Positions 38,265 to 50,415 of a DNA stretch of 64,000 nucleotides are shown in pieces. The DNA lies in assembly GCA_028534125.1 (NCBI GenBank), contig CM052818.1:17734001-17798000 (forward strand), given 5' to 3'. The stretch's first letter is position 1. Each line of letters begins with the position of its first letter. The notes under the pieces were generated by a model. That model saw only the letters and a program-made list of their open reading frames with translations. It was not told the origin of the DNA and searched no databases. The DNA comes from Lama glama. Lineage: Eukaryota. The translations under genes and the position numbers were made by a program.

Positions 38265-41200
38265 TTCAGTATTGAGTTCTGGGTCTTTTACGTTTCCATA
38301 TAAACTTTAGAATCAGTTTGTCAATATCCAGAGTAATTTGTTGGGATTTTGACTGGAATTTCATTGAATCTATAATCAAATAGGGAACAACTGATATCTT
38401 GACAGCATTGAGTATTCCTGTCTATGAAAATGGGATATGTATCTCTCCATTTATTTAGTTGACCTTTGATATGTTTCAGAGATACTGTATGTATTTCATT
38501 AGATTTATATCTATTTCATTTTTCAGATGCTAACACAAATGGTAATGTGTTTTTAGTTTCAAATTTTATTTGTTCATTGCTGGTATATATGAAAATAACT
38601 GAATTTTGTGTATTAACCATGTATAACTAAACCTTGCTATAATTGCTTATAAGATTCAGGAGGTTTTTTGATTCTTTCAGATTTCCTATATCATTTCATC
38701 AGTCAGTTTGTAGTTTTATTTCTTCTTTCTCAATATTTATATCATTTAATTCCTTTTATTGTCTTACAGCATTAGCTAGCATTTTCAGTACAATGTTGAA
38801 AAGAAGTAATGAAAGGAGACATCCTTGCCTTGTTCTTTATTACAGTAGTTAAGTTCTGGGTTCTCACTATTAAGTATGTTAGCTATAGGTTTTTTTATGT
38901 AGATGTTCATTATCAAGTTTAGGAAATTCCCTTCTCTTCTTAGTTTGTTGAGAGTTTATCATTACTGGGTGTTAGCTACTGTCAAATGCTTTTTCAGCAT
39001 CTATTGATAATACCGTGTGGCTTTTCTTTTTTAGCCTGTTGATGTGATGAACTAAATTGATTTTTGAATGTTGAACCAGCCTTGTATACCTTGGGTAAAT
39101 CATACTGGGTCATGGGATATAATTCTTTTTATACATTTTGGATTCAATTTGATATTTGTGGATTTTTGCAAATATTTTTATGAAGGATATTGGTCTTTTA
39201 TTCTCCCTTGCAATTTCTTTGGTTTCAGAATTATGGTAATACTGGCCTCATAGAATGAGTTAGGAAGGATTCCCTCTGTTTCTGTCTTCTGAAAGAGATT
39301 GTGGAGCATTGGTAAAATTTTTTGCTTAAATGTTGAATAGAATTCATCAGTGAAATCACCTGGGCCTGGTGCTGAGTATTTAGGAAGGTTGTTAATTACT
39401 GATTTCATTTCTTTAATAGATACAGGCCTTTCAGATTTTCTGTTTCTTTTTGTGTGAGTTTTAACAAATTTTGTCTTCTAAGGAATTGATCCATTTCACC
39501 TAGGTTATCAAATTTATGAGCATAGAGTTATCCATACTATTCCTTTATTATCCTTTTAATGCTTATGGTATCTGTAGTGATGTCTCTTTGATTCCTCATA
39601 ATAGTAATTTATTTTTTCTCTTTTTTTCTTAAGCTGGTTAGAACCCTATCAACCGTATTGTTCTTTTTAAAGAACTAATTTTTAAAGTTTTTATTGATAT
39701 TCTCTATTGATTTGTTTACAAATTCATTGATTGCTGCTCTAATTTTTTCTTCTGTTTACTTTGGATTTTATTTATTCTCTTTGCTAGTTTTCTAAGGTGT
39801 AAGCTTAGATGATATTTTTTAAATCATCATTTCTAATAGTAAATTAGTAAATAATTTACTGATTAGTAAATAATGGTATGAATTTCCTTCTAAGCACTCT
39901 TCTACTATAGCCTCCAAATTTTATAAGTTGTGTTTTCATTTAGTTCAAAATATTTTAAAGTATCTGTTGAAATTTTTTTAATCCATATGTTACGGGCAGT
40001 TGACACTGTCCCGTTGATTGGTGCTGTTGAATTCAACTGTGTTCTTACTGATACTCTGCCTGCTGGATCTGTCTATGCCTCATAGAGGGGTATTCAGGTG
40101 GCTATACTAGTGGACTCTTCTATTTCTTCTTGCTGTTCTGTAAGTCTTTGCCTTACAAGTTTCAGTGATCTAGTGTTAAGTGAATATACATTAAGGATTG
40201 TTTTCTTGGAGAATTTTGTTACATAATGCCCCTGTGTATCCCTCATACCTTTCCTTGGTCTTAGTCTGTTTGGTCTGAAATCAGTATAGCCACTCTCACG
40301 TTGTTTTGATTTGTAATAGCTTTTATATCTCATTTGTTTACTTTTAATCTAAATGTGTCTTTATATTTAAAGTGAGTGTAGACAACATATAGTTGGGTGT
40401 TGAGTATTGACCCATTCTGACAGTCCCTGTCATTTAGTTGATTTAGACCCTTGATGTCCAACTCTGGACTATGGATTAAAGATAATTTCTAGCACACGGT
40501 AAGTCTTGGGCCAATTTAGCCTCACTGTTGTACCTTTTCCTCTCTGTATTCTCACCTCTTCATTCACTTACAGAACACACGAATTTTTCCTGGAGCAGAA
40601 CATGTTTTTATTTCAATCATAATTACAAGTCTCCAATGAAATGACAGGAGAAAAGAAAGATGGAACTTACTAAACTTTACTAATTTCATGGTCCGATTTA
40701 TCACAGACTTAGAAATCATTATAATATTTACAATCCCACTAGCAGACTTGCATCCTCAAATCTCATTTTTAATGTCATATTGAACCATCTAATAGTTATT
40801 CACAGAGTCACCTTGGGAGACAATGGTTTCTTTCAGCAGCAGAGTCTTAAGTACATGCTACGTTGAAATTGCATGGTGCATAGGTTACTTGAGATACCTC
40901 ATCTAACATGCACTTTCTCTCCAAGTTATCCCATCTTTCAGGTCCCGGTTCACGTCCTATATTTTCCCTGAAGATTTCCCAGACTACTTCTGTGCATATT
41001 GATTTCTCTCTGAGCTCTCAGTGAATAATTTACGTTGTTGATGTACTAGCTCTCATTGTCTTTTTTTCAAGTAAAAAAAAAAATCAACATGTGTTTATTG
41101 AATGAAAAATTATTCTAGTTCTTGAGGGCAATAAGGTTAATATAAAAATTATTCCTGCTCTTAAGAGGTTTATGATCTCCTTGGAAAAGGGAGATAAAAT

Positions 41201-42067
41201 CAACATAAGAAATTTAAAGATTTAAAGCATTTTCAAGAAAAGGGAAGTGATAACACAATGTAGGGATATTAACTGCCAAATGAATCATCCAGAGAAATAC
41301 TTTTCGGACATGTTTGGGTGATGGAAGGCAGAAAGCCAGATAAAAGGGGGCATCTTTGTAAAGGAGATGGAATTTGATCTTGTTTCCAAAAGGTAGGGAA
41401 GATATAGACGTAAAAAGTAAGTGGGGAAGCTGTAGTAATTTGGAAGGATACGTTTCATATGTTCAAGCTTCATTTGACCATGTCTGTAGGATCTTCACTA
41501 AGACTACGGGATGCTTGATTTCTTCTCTTCTAAAGGCAAAAACAAGGTGTTCAGTATGTAGCTTTGGAAATACTGGATATTGGTAATTGATTGTGTTTCC
41601 TTTTCTTCTTATCCAATGCTGTCTCATATCTTTAACTTGCTAGGCACATAGTGTCCAAAGCAAAAGTTACTCTACTGATAAGGATTATATGAATTATGAT
41701 TCCATTTCCAAGTCCGTTTGTCAAACTCTTAAAAAAGTTGAAATATTTTATTAAAATGTGATATAAATGAATTCACTGACTACACCATTACCACCCCTAC
41801 AAAACTTGTCCTCTGAATCAGCATTTTCTATTAATTACCAAGAAGGATGATTTTTTTTTTAATCCTCTACTGGTAATAAGGGATATACTTCTATCAAATA
41901 AAACATCATGGCTACTTAAGTGTGTGAAAGGTAAAATATATGTCCTTTCTTACCATCTTCTCACTTCCTGGTCACAGTTCTTAAAGTAACACAATGTAAA
42001 TATCTTTACTTTGGGTCCTGGAATAATACAAGCTAGGCACTTTGTCTCTATCATTATCAGTTTTCTT

Positions 42068-42139
42068 TTTTTCTTTTCTTTTCTTTCTTTCTTTCTTTTT
42101 TTTTTTTTGAGTTATAGCCAGTTTACAATGTTGTGTCAA
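42068..42139 (-). mobile_element. Extremely truncated L1 3' tail with a microsatellite-like tail
   Basis: About 35 nt of L1 3'UTR (gagttatagccagtttacaatgttgtgtcaa) plus a T/TTTC tract; TSD CATT(A/T)TCAGTTTTCTT at 42052-42067 and 42140-42155. Confidence 0.85.
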
Positions 42140-43627
42140 CATTTTCAGTTTTCTTATCTGCTGAAGCACAGAAAACTTTTTAAAGACACAATAGTTGTTT
42201 TTTCTGAATTAATAGTTGATTTATTTTTCTCTTTCCCTCTCCTTTCTGTCTTACCAGTAAAGGACAAGGGCAAGATAATTTTCCTCTAAAAGCATCTCCT
42301 TTCAGAAATCTCAACCATTAACATATTTTCCTACCTTCTTCTATCCTTGGCTTTCTTTAGGCCAAGTCTAAAGTCTCATAATTCTATGATAGTAGAGAAA
42401 AGTCTGGGACAATTACATAATGGTTTTCCCTGCTGCTGGGTGTTTAAATAATCTCCTTATTTGAGTCTCCCCTGAAGAGACGAGAGGCATCTGTGTTTTG
42501 TTCTTTCTGCATTATTGCATAGCAGCCAGGATAGGCATAAGTAAAGAAGTAGGCATTTGCCACATGGTTGATCTGATAGCTTTCCCTTAAATTCCCATCA
42601 TGAAGAAACAGAGAGTAATGTGTAAGTTGAGCAGGGCAGCTGCCCTGACAGCAACGTGCTGAATTTAGATTGATGAGCGGTCTTTTCGTTTTGCTTGCTG
42701 CTCTGAAGTTGGACAGCGGTACCTCTTGCAGTGCTCCTAATGCTCTTGCTGAGGTTATGAGGGGACCACCTGCGCCTGAAATTTCCCTGCAGTTTTAAGA
42801 AATGGTTGTTTGTCCTCTGACCTTTTCTGTGATTTATCATTTGAATCTCTTTCCATTCTGTTTTGACAGTCTTTCCGCTTCCACAAACACACACACGCAC
42901 TTCTTCAAAGCTTTCCTACATTCACTCTGAACACTAGAAAAAACTGTCTACAAAAGAGGAAGTTTAATTGTTTAACAAAAGTACAGATGAGTTTAAAAAC
43001 CTATGTCACAGGAGTCAAAAGACTATTTCAGTTTCAGATTTACCACTAACTGAACATCTTGGTAGAGTCTCCATCCTTTTGATTTATGACTTGGAGTTAA
43101 AAATACTTTCTGGGATTATTTTGAGGGTAGATTCAAGAATATGTATATTTGAGTGTTTAGAAATGTTAAACACATTATCAAGGTATAAATTATTACAGAG
43201 ACACACTCAGATGTCTTAAAAGTAACAAGACACGTATTTTCAAGTCTTTAATTTTCCTCTTTTGCATCATGGAAAGGTCACTGCCTGAAGCACTGAATAA
43301 GCACACGCCACAGCAGAGGAAATAAATGATGGGCACCTGCAGAACTGTAATGGGAAAATGTGATGTTTCTCTATGATTTACAAAACCTGTTGTTACTTGT
43401 TACTCTACCTTTTAGTTTCTTCCATTTAACCAGGAAGCATTAAACCTTTCAATGTGCACTTTTTTTGAGGGCCAAATGATAGAGAGTAAAGTGAGACATC
43501 CTACCTGCCATTGAGGGGCTCACGTGTTGGCAAGATGACAGGTCGACAGAGAGCTCCAGGCAGGCATGCAGTATCTCCCAAACCACATGCGATAGAACAC
43601 AGGCTTGCCGCAGAATACACTGATGCT

Positions 43628-44110
43628 CTAGGGGGCAACAAAATGTTCCCCCTACCTTCTTAGAGTTTTTGGCTGGTGCTGAGAATTAAATTGACCCAAG
43701 ACAAGTTAACAGGAGAAACACATATAAATGTCATGAGTTTTACAAGATATGGGAGCCCTAAGGAGGAAATGAAGACCCAGAGAAGTGGCTAAATCTGAAC
43801 GCTTTTGGCTGAACAGAGAGGCTGTTGTGGAGAAGTACCTAAATATATGGGGAGGCTAAAGGAAGGTGAGAATTTCTAACCAAGTCTGTATAGAATTCTC
43901 TGTTTCGCTTCCTGTTCTTTGTTGTAAGAACGTTCTTTTGCTTCTGGAACAGGAAGGACATCCAAATGAGGATGGTTTGTCTCTTGCTTTGAGGAGGAAA
44001 AAGCGGAAGGTCAGAGGGCTCGTCTCACACACCTGTTTTTTTTTTTAAAGTGCCTTTTAGCTCAAAATAATCCTGATGCCAAAGTAGTGAGTGTATTTTG
44101 ATACTACTTT
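43628..44110 (-). mobile_element. ERV1-type solo LTR
   Basis: gagaattaaattgacccaagacaagttaacaggagaaa...aaatgaagaccca...gctcaaaataatcctgatgccaaagt, resembling antisense ERV1 LTRs. Confidence 0.65.
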
Positions 44111-45367
44111 ATTTTGTTGTCTCTTAAAATCAGTATTTTGTCACCTGTTTTTAAAAATGAATGTAAGTAAGGAGCTTCTATTTAAAGTTTGTGGTTGGAG
44201 TCCAAGTGTTTGTCTTCCCTCCCTCGTAAGACTCCTATAAAATGAGGTGGCATAAATAACAAGATAACAATAAACACAACAGGGAGGTCACCATAAAAGG
44301 AAAATCAATTTTAAGGGATCTTCAGAAGATATCAAGAAAAGATGGAGTGAATTACCAGATTAAATAAAATGATTAAGTTGTAGTCCAAGAGTAGGTGAAT
44401 CTACCTACCAGGCAGAATCCCAGAGCAGTCTAAAATTCAGAGTGAACAAGTGCCCTTGAAAATGGAGGGGGACGTACACTGAAATGAGGAGCATGAGGGT
44501 AGTCATTCAGTATCTGTCTGTAGACCAGCTATACCCCTTGCCCTTCATTTGTATACTTGCTTTGACTGCCCCTCCCATTGCAAATGGGAAACAAAGTGCT
44601 CAGCCATGGACACCAGTCAAAACCCTGTTAACCTGTTACGTATTCTATGCAATTTGCCTGTTTGCTAAGAGTTAGAGGCACACAGTAAGTTTCACAGGCT
44701 TGCACTGCATTTGAAACTCTTAGAAGAAGCTGCCATGAGGAACTCAGAAAGGAAAAAGAATTCAATAAAAAAAAATCATGATGTTGTAGTGTGGAAATAG
44801 ACACATCTCAGATGCATTAGTTCCCACCAGTGTGGCTGAGAGGTTTTGGAATGGTTTTTTATGCCTTCTTACTCAGTTCTCATGATATCTTCATTTCCTG
44901 AGAAAGAAACCTGAGCTTTAGAAAAACATAAGTGATTTTCTAAAGGTCAGGTGGATTGGTAAACTGAGCATCCTGTGCTAGTATCCATGCTTTCTGTACA
45001 CCCATCCTCAGCTCCATCGCTTGCAGCTGCATTATTTACACTGTGTGTCCTGGAGCAGGTTACTTCACCGCTCTAAGCCTCATTTCCTTAATTGTGAAGT
45101 GAGAATAATTACATCACCTCGCTTGAAGTTACTGCAAGATTTTAACAAAATGTCTGTGAAACAGGTAGAACAAGGACAGATGCTTAGAAAGCTCTCAACA
45201 TGTCAGTCCTCTTAGCTGACTCCTGTAGGGTGTTCTTGATAACCAAATAATTCAATCAGGGTCAACTATATTTAGAATAAGAGATAATTTTTTCTTACCA
45301 AAGTTTATAAAAAATTTTTTTGAGCTTCAAAAATGTATTCTCCAATTTTATCAAACGATATACAAGG

Positions 45368-46561
45368 ATTTTTTTTATTAAAATATTGTCAGTTTACGAT
45401 GTGTTAGTTTCTGGTGTACAGCATAGTGGTTCAGTTATACATGCTCCTTTTCATATTCTTTTTCGTTATAAGCTATTACAAGGTATTGAATATAGTTCCC
45501 TGTGCTATACAGTAAGACCCTGTTGTCTGTTACATATTTTTATTGAAGTATAGTCAGTTTACAATGTTGTGTCAGGTTTTGGTGTACAGCACAATGCTTC
45601 AGTCATATATAAACATATATTTATTTTCATAATCTTTTTCCCCATTAGTCACTACAAAATACTGAATATAGTTCCCTGTGTTACACAATATGAACTTGTT
45701 GTTTATCTATTTTATATGTATATTAGTTAGTATCTGCAAATCTTGAACTCCCAATTTATCTCTTCCCACCCCATTCCCCCCCAGTAACCATAAGTTTGTT
45801 TTCTATGTCTGTGAGTCTGTTTCTGTTTTGTAAGTAAGTTTGTCTTTTTTTTTTTTTTTTTTAGAATTCGCATATAAGTGATATCATATGGTATTTTTCT
45901 TTCTGGCTTACTTCACTTAGAATAACAGTCTCCAGGTCCATCCATGTTGCTGCAGTGGCTGGCTGCAAGTATTCCAGTGTGTAAATATACCACAACTTCT
46001 TTATCCAGTCATCTGTCAATGGACATTTGGTTTGCTTCCATGTCTTGGCTGTTGTAAATAGTGCTGCTATGAACATTGGGGTGCAGGTGTCTTTTTGAGT
46101 TAAGGTTCCCTCTGGATATATGCCCAGGAGTGGGATTGCTGGATCATATGGTAAGTCTATTTTCAGTCTTTTGAGGAATCTCCTCCATATTGTTTTCCAC
46201 AATGGCTGCACTGGACTACATTCCTACCAGCATTGTAGGAGGGTTCCCTTTTCTCCGCAGCCTTTCCAGCATTATCATTTGTGGACTTTTGAATGACAGC
46301 CATTCTGACTTGTTACCTATTTTAGTTATAGTAGTTAGTATCTGCAAATCCCAAACTCTTAATTTATCCTTCCACCACACTCTTCCCCGCCGGTAACCAT
46401 AAGCTTGTTCTCTGTGAGACTGTTCCTGTTTTGTAAATAAGTTCGTGTGTGTAGTTTTTAAAATCCCACATATGAGTGATACCATATAGTACTTTCCTTT
46501 CTCTTTCTGGCTTACTTCACTTAGTATGACTATTTTTAGGTCCATCCATGTTGCTGCAAAT
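45368..46561 (-). mobile_element. L1 3'UTR copy interrupted by a second L1 of the same family (45541-46310)
   Basis: The inner copy is flanked by TSD TGTTAC(A/C)TATTTT (45528-45540 and 46311-46323); the outer copy resumes in register. Confidence 0.9.
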
Positions 46562-47213
46562 GTATGCCAGAATATTTTGAATGTTAAACTCCCTCTGTGT
46601 GTACTTGTGTGTGAGTGTGTTTGTGTATATACACACATATATGTACACACCTATATAGATACCCAATTTACTCAACTCTTAACGATGTACATATGTATAA
46701 TCTATATATAGATATATATATAATATTGCTTAGAGTGTTGAGTAGATTGGTGTTAAGCAAACTGGATGGACAAATTATACAAACAAAAAAAATGTATGCA
46801 GGGAGACCACTGTGTCCTGGTTACTGAAGAAACAGCTGTGTAATACACTCTTAATGGCTGTTCTCCTTCATGGAGGCTACAGGATGAAAGTTACTGCAAA
46901 TCTTGCAAAGACAATGTATATCTATTAAAGTCACTGTGGAACTAGTTGGAGCAAAATTTTAAGAATACTATATATTTCTCAAATACACTTCTGTACAGTG
47001 AAAGATGACGCCCCTAAATCTTGTCCTATTCTTTTTATCTTTTGTATGGAATTTAAAAATAACAAAAGAGATTTTATTTCAAAATAACCAATTTCATTCA
47101 GAGATAAACACTTAAAAGAATATATACTATTCTTTGAGGCAGTTTACATGTAATTACAAGCCCCCACATGACAGTAGTGGAAATTGTTTCCCTCTTGGGC
47201 GTAGAGTTTCTAG

Positions 47214-47332
47214 TATCCCCTAACGGGCAAACGGATTATTGAAGCTGTCAGCAGTATCGTGCGGGAGACGCAGAGAGAATGGCAGGATCTGCTGGGGAAT
47301 GGAGACCTATCTGGCCAAGAACCAGATCCTGA
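47214..47332 (+). pseudogene. Candidate (pseudo)exon of the + strand transcript
   Basis: CpG-retaining unique segment; open frame YPLTGKRIIEAVSSIVRETQREWQDLLGNGDLSGQEPDP; donor GA|gtgagc; the acceptor is ambiguous (AG at 47203-47204 or 47212-47213). Confidence 0.35.
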
Positions 47333-48591
47333 GTGAGCACATTCTGGCCTCCTGCCGTTACCTCCAAATGCCCCTTAGAGCACTAAGCTTAGCCAAAGGC
47401 AAGAGCAGAGAAAGCCTCCTCTTTCTTGCCATTATGCTTATACCCCAAAGGGACTTCATTTCATAGCCTAACTGTGGATGTGAGAAAACCATGCCAAAGA
47501 AAGAAACTTGTTCTTCTTTAAACTCTAAGCCAGATAACCTCAGATTTTTTATTGGCCAAGGTAGCTTCCAGGTAGGATCAAGATTTTTTCTTCTTACTCT
47601 TCTTATCTTAGCCAGAAGAGTAAGCTTAAAAGACAGAAAAACACCTAAATATTGAGATGGCAATGTTTAGCCTAAGGATATCTTTCCACTTGGCCTTTTC
47701 TACCCTAAATTCTCAGTATCTCCCTTTTCTAGATTGCGAAGGGTAGAGTAGGGAGCAGAGACGAACATGAACATGTTAGCTGTGAATAGGACAAGATTTA
47801 GGGGTGGCTTTTTTCACTGTGACATTTATCCATTTGTTCCCAACGTCATCTGCTTCAGAAGTATGTGGACCCAGTACAGAAGTTGAGGTTAGTGAGATTT
47901 TAGATACTGTTAAATATGACTAAACTGTGGTCTTACTGCTCTGTCTCTCCATTTCTCAAAAGTTTGGTGTTTACCTCTCGATCCTTTTAATTTCTCTTTA
48001 TCAAATTCTGATCACTTTAAAAAATGCATACAAAATTGCACTATTAAAAATTCCTCCTTTCATCTCTTAAGAACAGCCAACATGGGGCAATACAAAAAAA
48101 AAATTACTCTGTAACAAATAAAAGCAGCACATATATTTTTTCCTGAATAAAATATTCTAGGCCACAAAATGGCCTTTTTGCATCCTTTCTTCCCTTTAGC
48201 AAATAAGGAGGTTCTGCATTTCTCCTTAACATCAAATGTTCCTCATGATTACTGTCAATATTGTGTCCCTCCCAGTCTGCTGTAAAGGTGCATATAAACT
48301 AGGTCAGTCATATTCATTTCCCAGTTAGGGCATGTATTTGTTTGTTTGTTTATCCATCCAGTTAGGGCTTTTAGATCTGCTGCTTTTAATTTCAGATGAT
48401 AATGTAGCAGAGAAAACATTGTCTTGACCACCAGAAAGCAGAGAAGGTAGAGTTTGATGCTCCTACTTAGCATTTTCTCTGGGTGCTGGAGAAAGTTAAT
48501 TCTCTGGCTTAAACAAAAGGATCAGGATCAAGGAGCTTATTTGGGAACCTTGCTAAGCATCTTGATATGTTGAGTTTGTTTTTCATTTTAG

Positions 48592-48677
48592 GGTAGTATT
48601 TTAAGAGGCTTACGAGAGAGAGCTGTATATGACTTCCGTTATTAAACCAATTAAAAATGTCAAACATGTTCAGATAT
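48592..48677 (+). pseudogene. Candidate (pseudo)exon of the + strand transcript
   Basis: Acceptor gtttgtttttcattttag|G and donor AT|gtaagc; in the phase set by the previous exon it reads EVVF*EAYERELYMTSVIKPIKNVKHVQI. Confidence 0.4.
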
Positions 48678-49254
48678 GTAAGCCATAAGCTTAGATGCAT
48701 AGTCAGATCAGAGACATGTTCTCTCTGGTTAGAATGATGTAAATATAAAGGTAGATTTTAATGCGTAAGTGCCTTTGCTTTCTAATTCCCTGTCAAATCA
48801 AAAATCAAATCAGCACACATACATCAGTTTCCTGCTGTGTCCCGTATATTATCTAGGAGCTGTGTGTTACGCAGCCCCATGATTTTTGTATCAGGCACTG
48901 CCTGTTGTCTACGTGTTTGTACAATATGTACATTGAAACCTTATTAGTTTAGAACCTAATTTTGAATTGAAATCAGTTAAATTACATATAATATAGATTA
49001 TATAGAAAATATTAAGTAGTTTAGATTTCTTTTTGCACTGTGGGAAAAAAAAAGCACTATTTATAATCAATGGGCTGGTGGAATGAGTTTTTCATTTAAT
49101 ATCTATTTACTTGCTCAAAGGTGGGCTCTTCAGTAGGCACCATGGATACGGTGGGAATATGAAGACCCTCCCTCATGGAAATAGGAAAAGAATGTACTTC
49201 TAACTGATTGATAGAGCTGGTGAGCACAAAGTTTCCACTTGATGATGGTTATTA

Positions 49255-49743
49255 TTTTTTTTCTTTTTCAGTATGTCAATTTCTGGTGTACAGTGCAATG
49301 TCCCAGTCATGCATTTATTCTTTTTCATTAAAGGTTATTACAGGATGTTGAAAATAGTTCCCTGTGCTATACAGAAGAAACTTTTTTTTTAAAATCTGTT
49401 TTTATATATAGTGGCTAACATTTGTAAATCTTAAGCCCCCAAATTTATCCCTTCCCACCCCTTTTCCCCCGGGAACCATAAGACTGTTTACTGTGTCTGT
49501 GCATCTGTCTCTGTTTCGTAGATGAGTCAATAGAGTCCTTTTTTTATCCTTTCTTCTTCTTTTTTTTTAAAGATTCCACATATGAGTGATACCATACAGT
49601 ATTTTTTCTCTTTCAGCCTTACTTCGCTTAGAATGATGATCTCTAGGTCCATCCGTGTTGCTGCAAATGGCATTATTTTATTCTTTTTTATGGCTGAGTA
49701 GTATTCTGTTGTATAAATATACCACAACTTCTTTATATAGTCA
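49255..49743 (-). mobile_element. Young L1 3'UTR/ORF2-end copy
   Basis: ORF track 49527-49748 (KKLWYIYTTEYYSAIKKNKIMPFAAT). Confidence 0.9.
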
Positions 49744-50199
49744 GACAATGGTCATTTTGTGCAATCTATCTTACCACACCACCACCAACAAAAACTATGT
49801 CTTCATGAGAAACTTTTAGCCTACTGATTACTACTCTTCTTCTAATTAATCTGAGTGGAGGAATTTAGTATTAATAGGAACTCCTAAATTTGGTAGACAT
49901 TAAGGGTCTATAATCTGTTTTATAGATAGCGATACTAATGTGCAAAAGATTTAAATGACTGAGCCCTCAGTTATTGCCATGTAAATAAAGTGCCTCTAAC
50001 CTCAGTGAGGGTGACTTCTAAACAGCCTTTAATGCCATGGATTTGAAACTTTACTAGCACTGACCCACACACAAAAATTGATTTTACATTTCAACCACAT
50101 ATACGTGTGTGCAGTTTTGAAAGATCTGTGAATAAAAATTTACATTAAAGCACATACAATGGGATCTAATATTTTCCATCGCTGTTTTTTTATAACCAG

Positions 50200-50415
50200 T
50201 TTCATTCTTTAAACAATGCTTGTTGCAGCACTCAATATATTTCATAATTCACTAATGGGTATTAATTTGATAAAAATGGATTTATTAAAGATAAAAGATG
50301 AATATATTCAAGTTTATGACAATGGGAAAATATATATGGCAATTTCTCTGTATATTTTATTATGATTACATTAAACAGCCATTTCTTTGGAATATGTGTA
50401 ACATTTCACGTAATT
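50200..50415 (+). pseudogene. Candidate (pseudo)exon of the + strand transcript
   Basis: CTAAT branch motif, pyrimidine tract, ccag|T acceptor and TT|gtaagt donor; 216 nt; stops in all frames. Confidence 0.3.

Larger units (their letters stand above)
34810..40450 (-). mobile_element. Long old L1 (L1MC-like 3' end + ORF2), host to later insertions
   Basis: L1MC-type 3'UTR (gatgaacctacactgacacatc...catccaaagtccatagtttaca); ORF2 remnant 39178-39408 (PGPGDFTDEFY...LPNSFYEASITIILKP). Confidence 0.85.
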
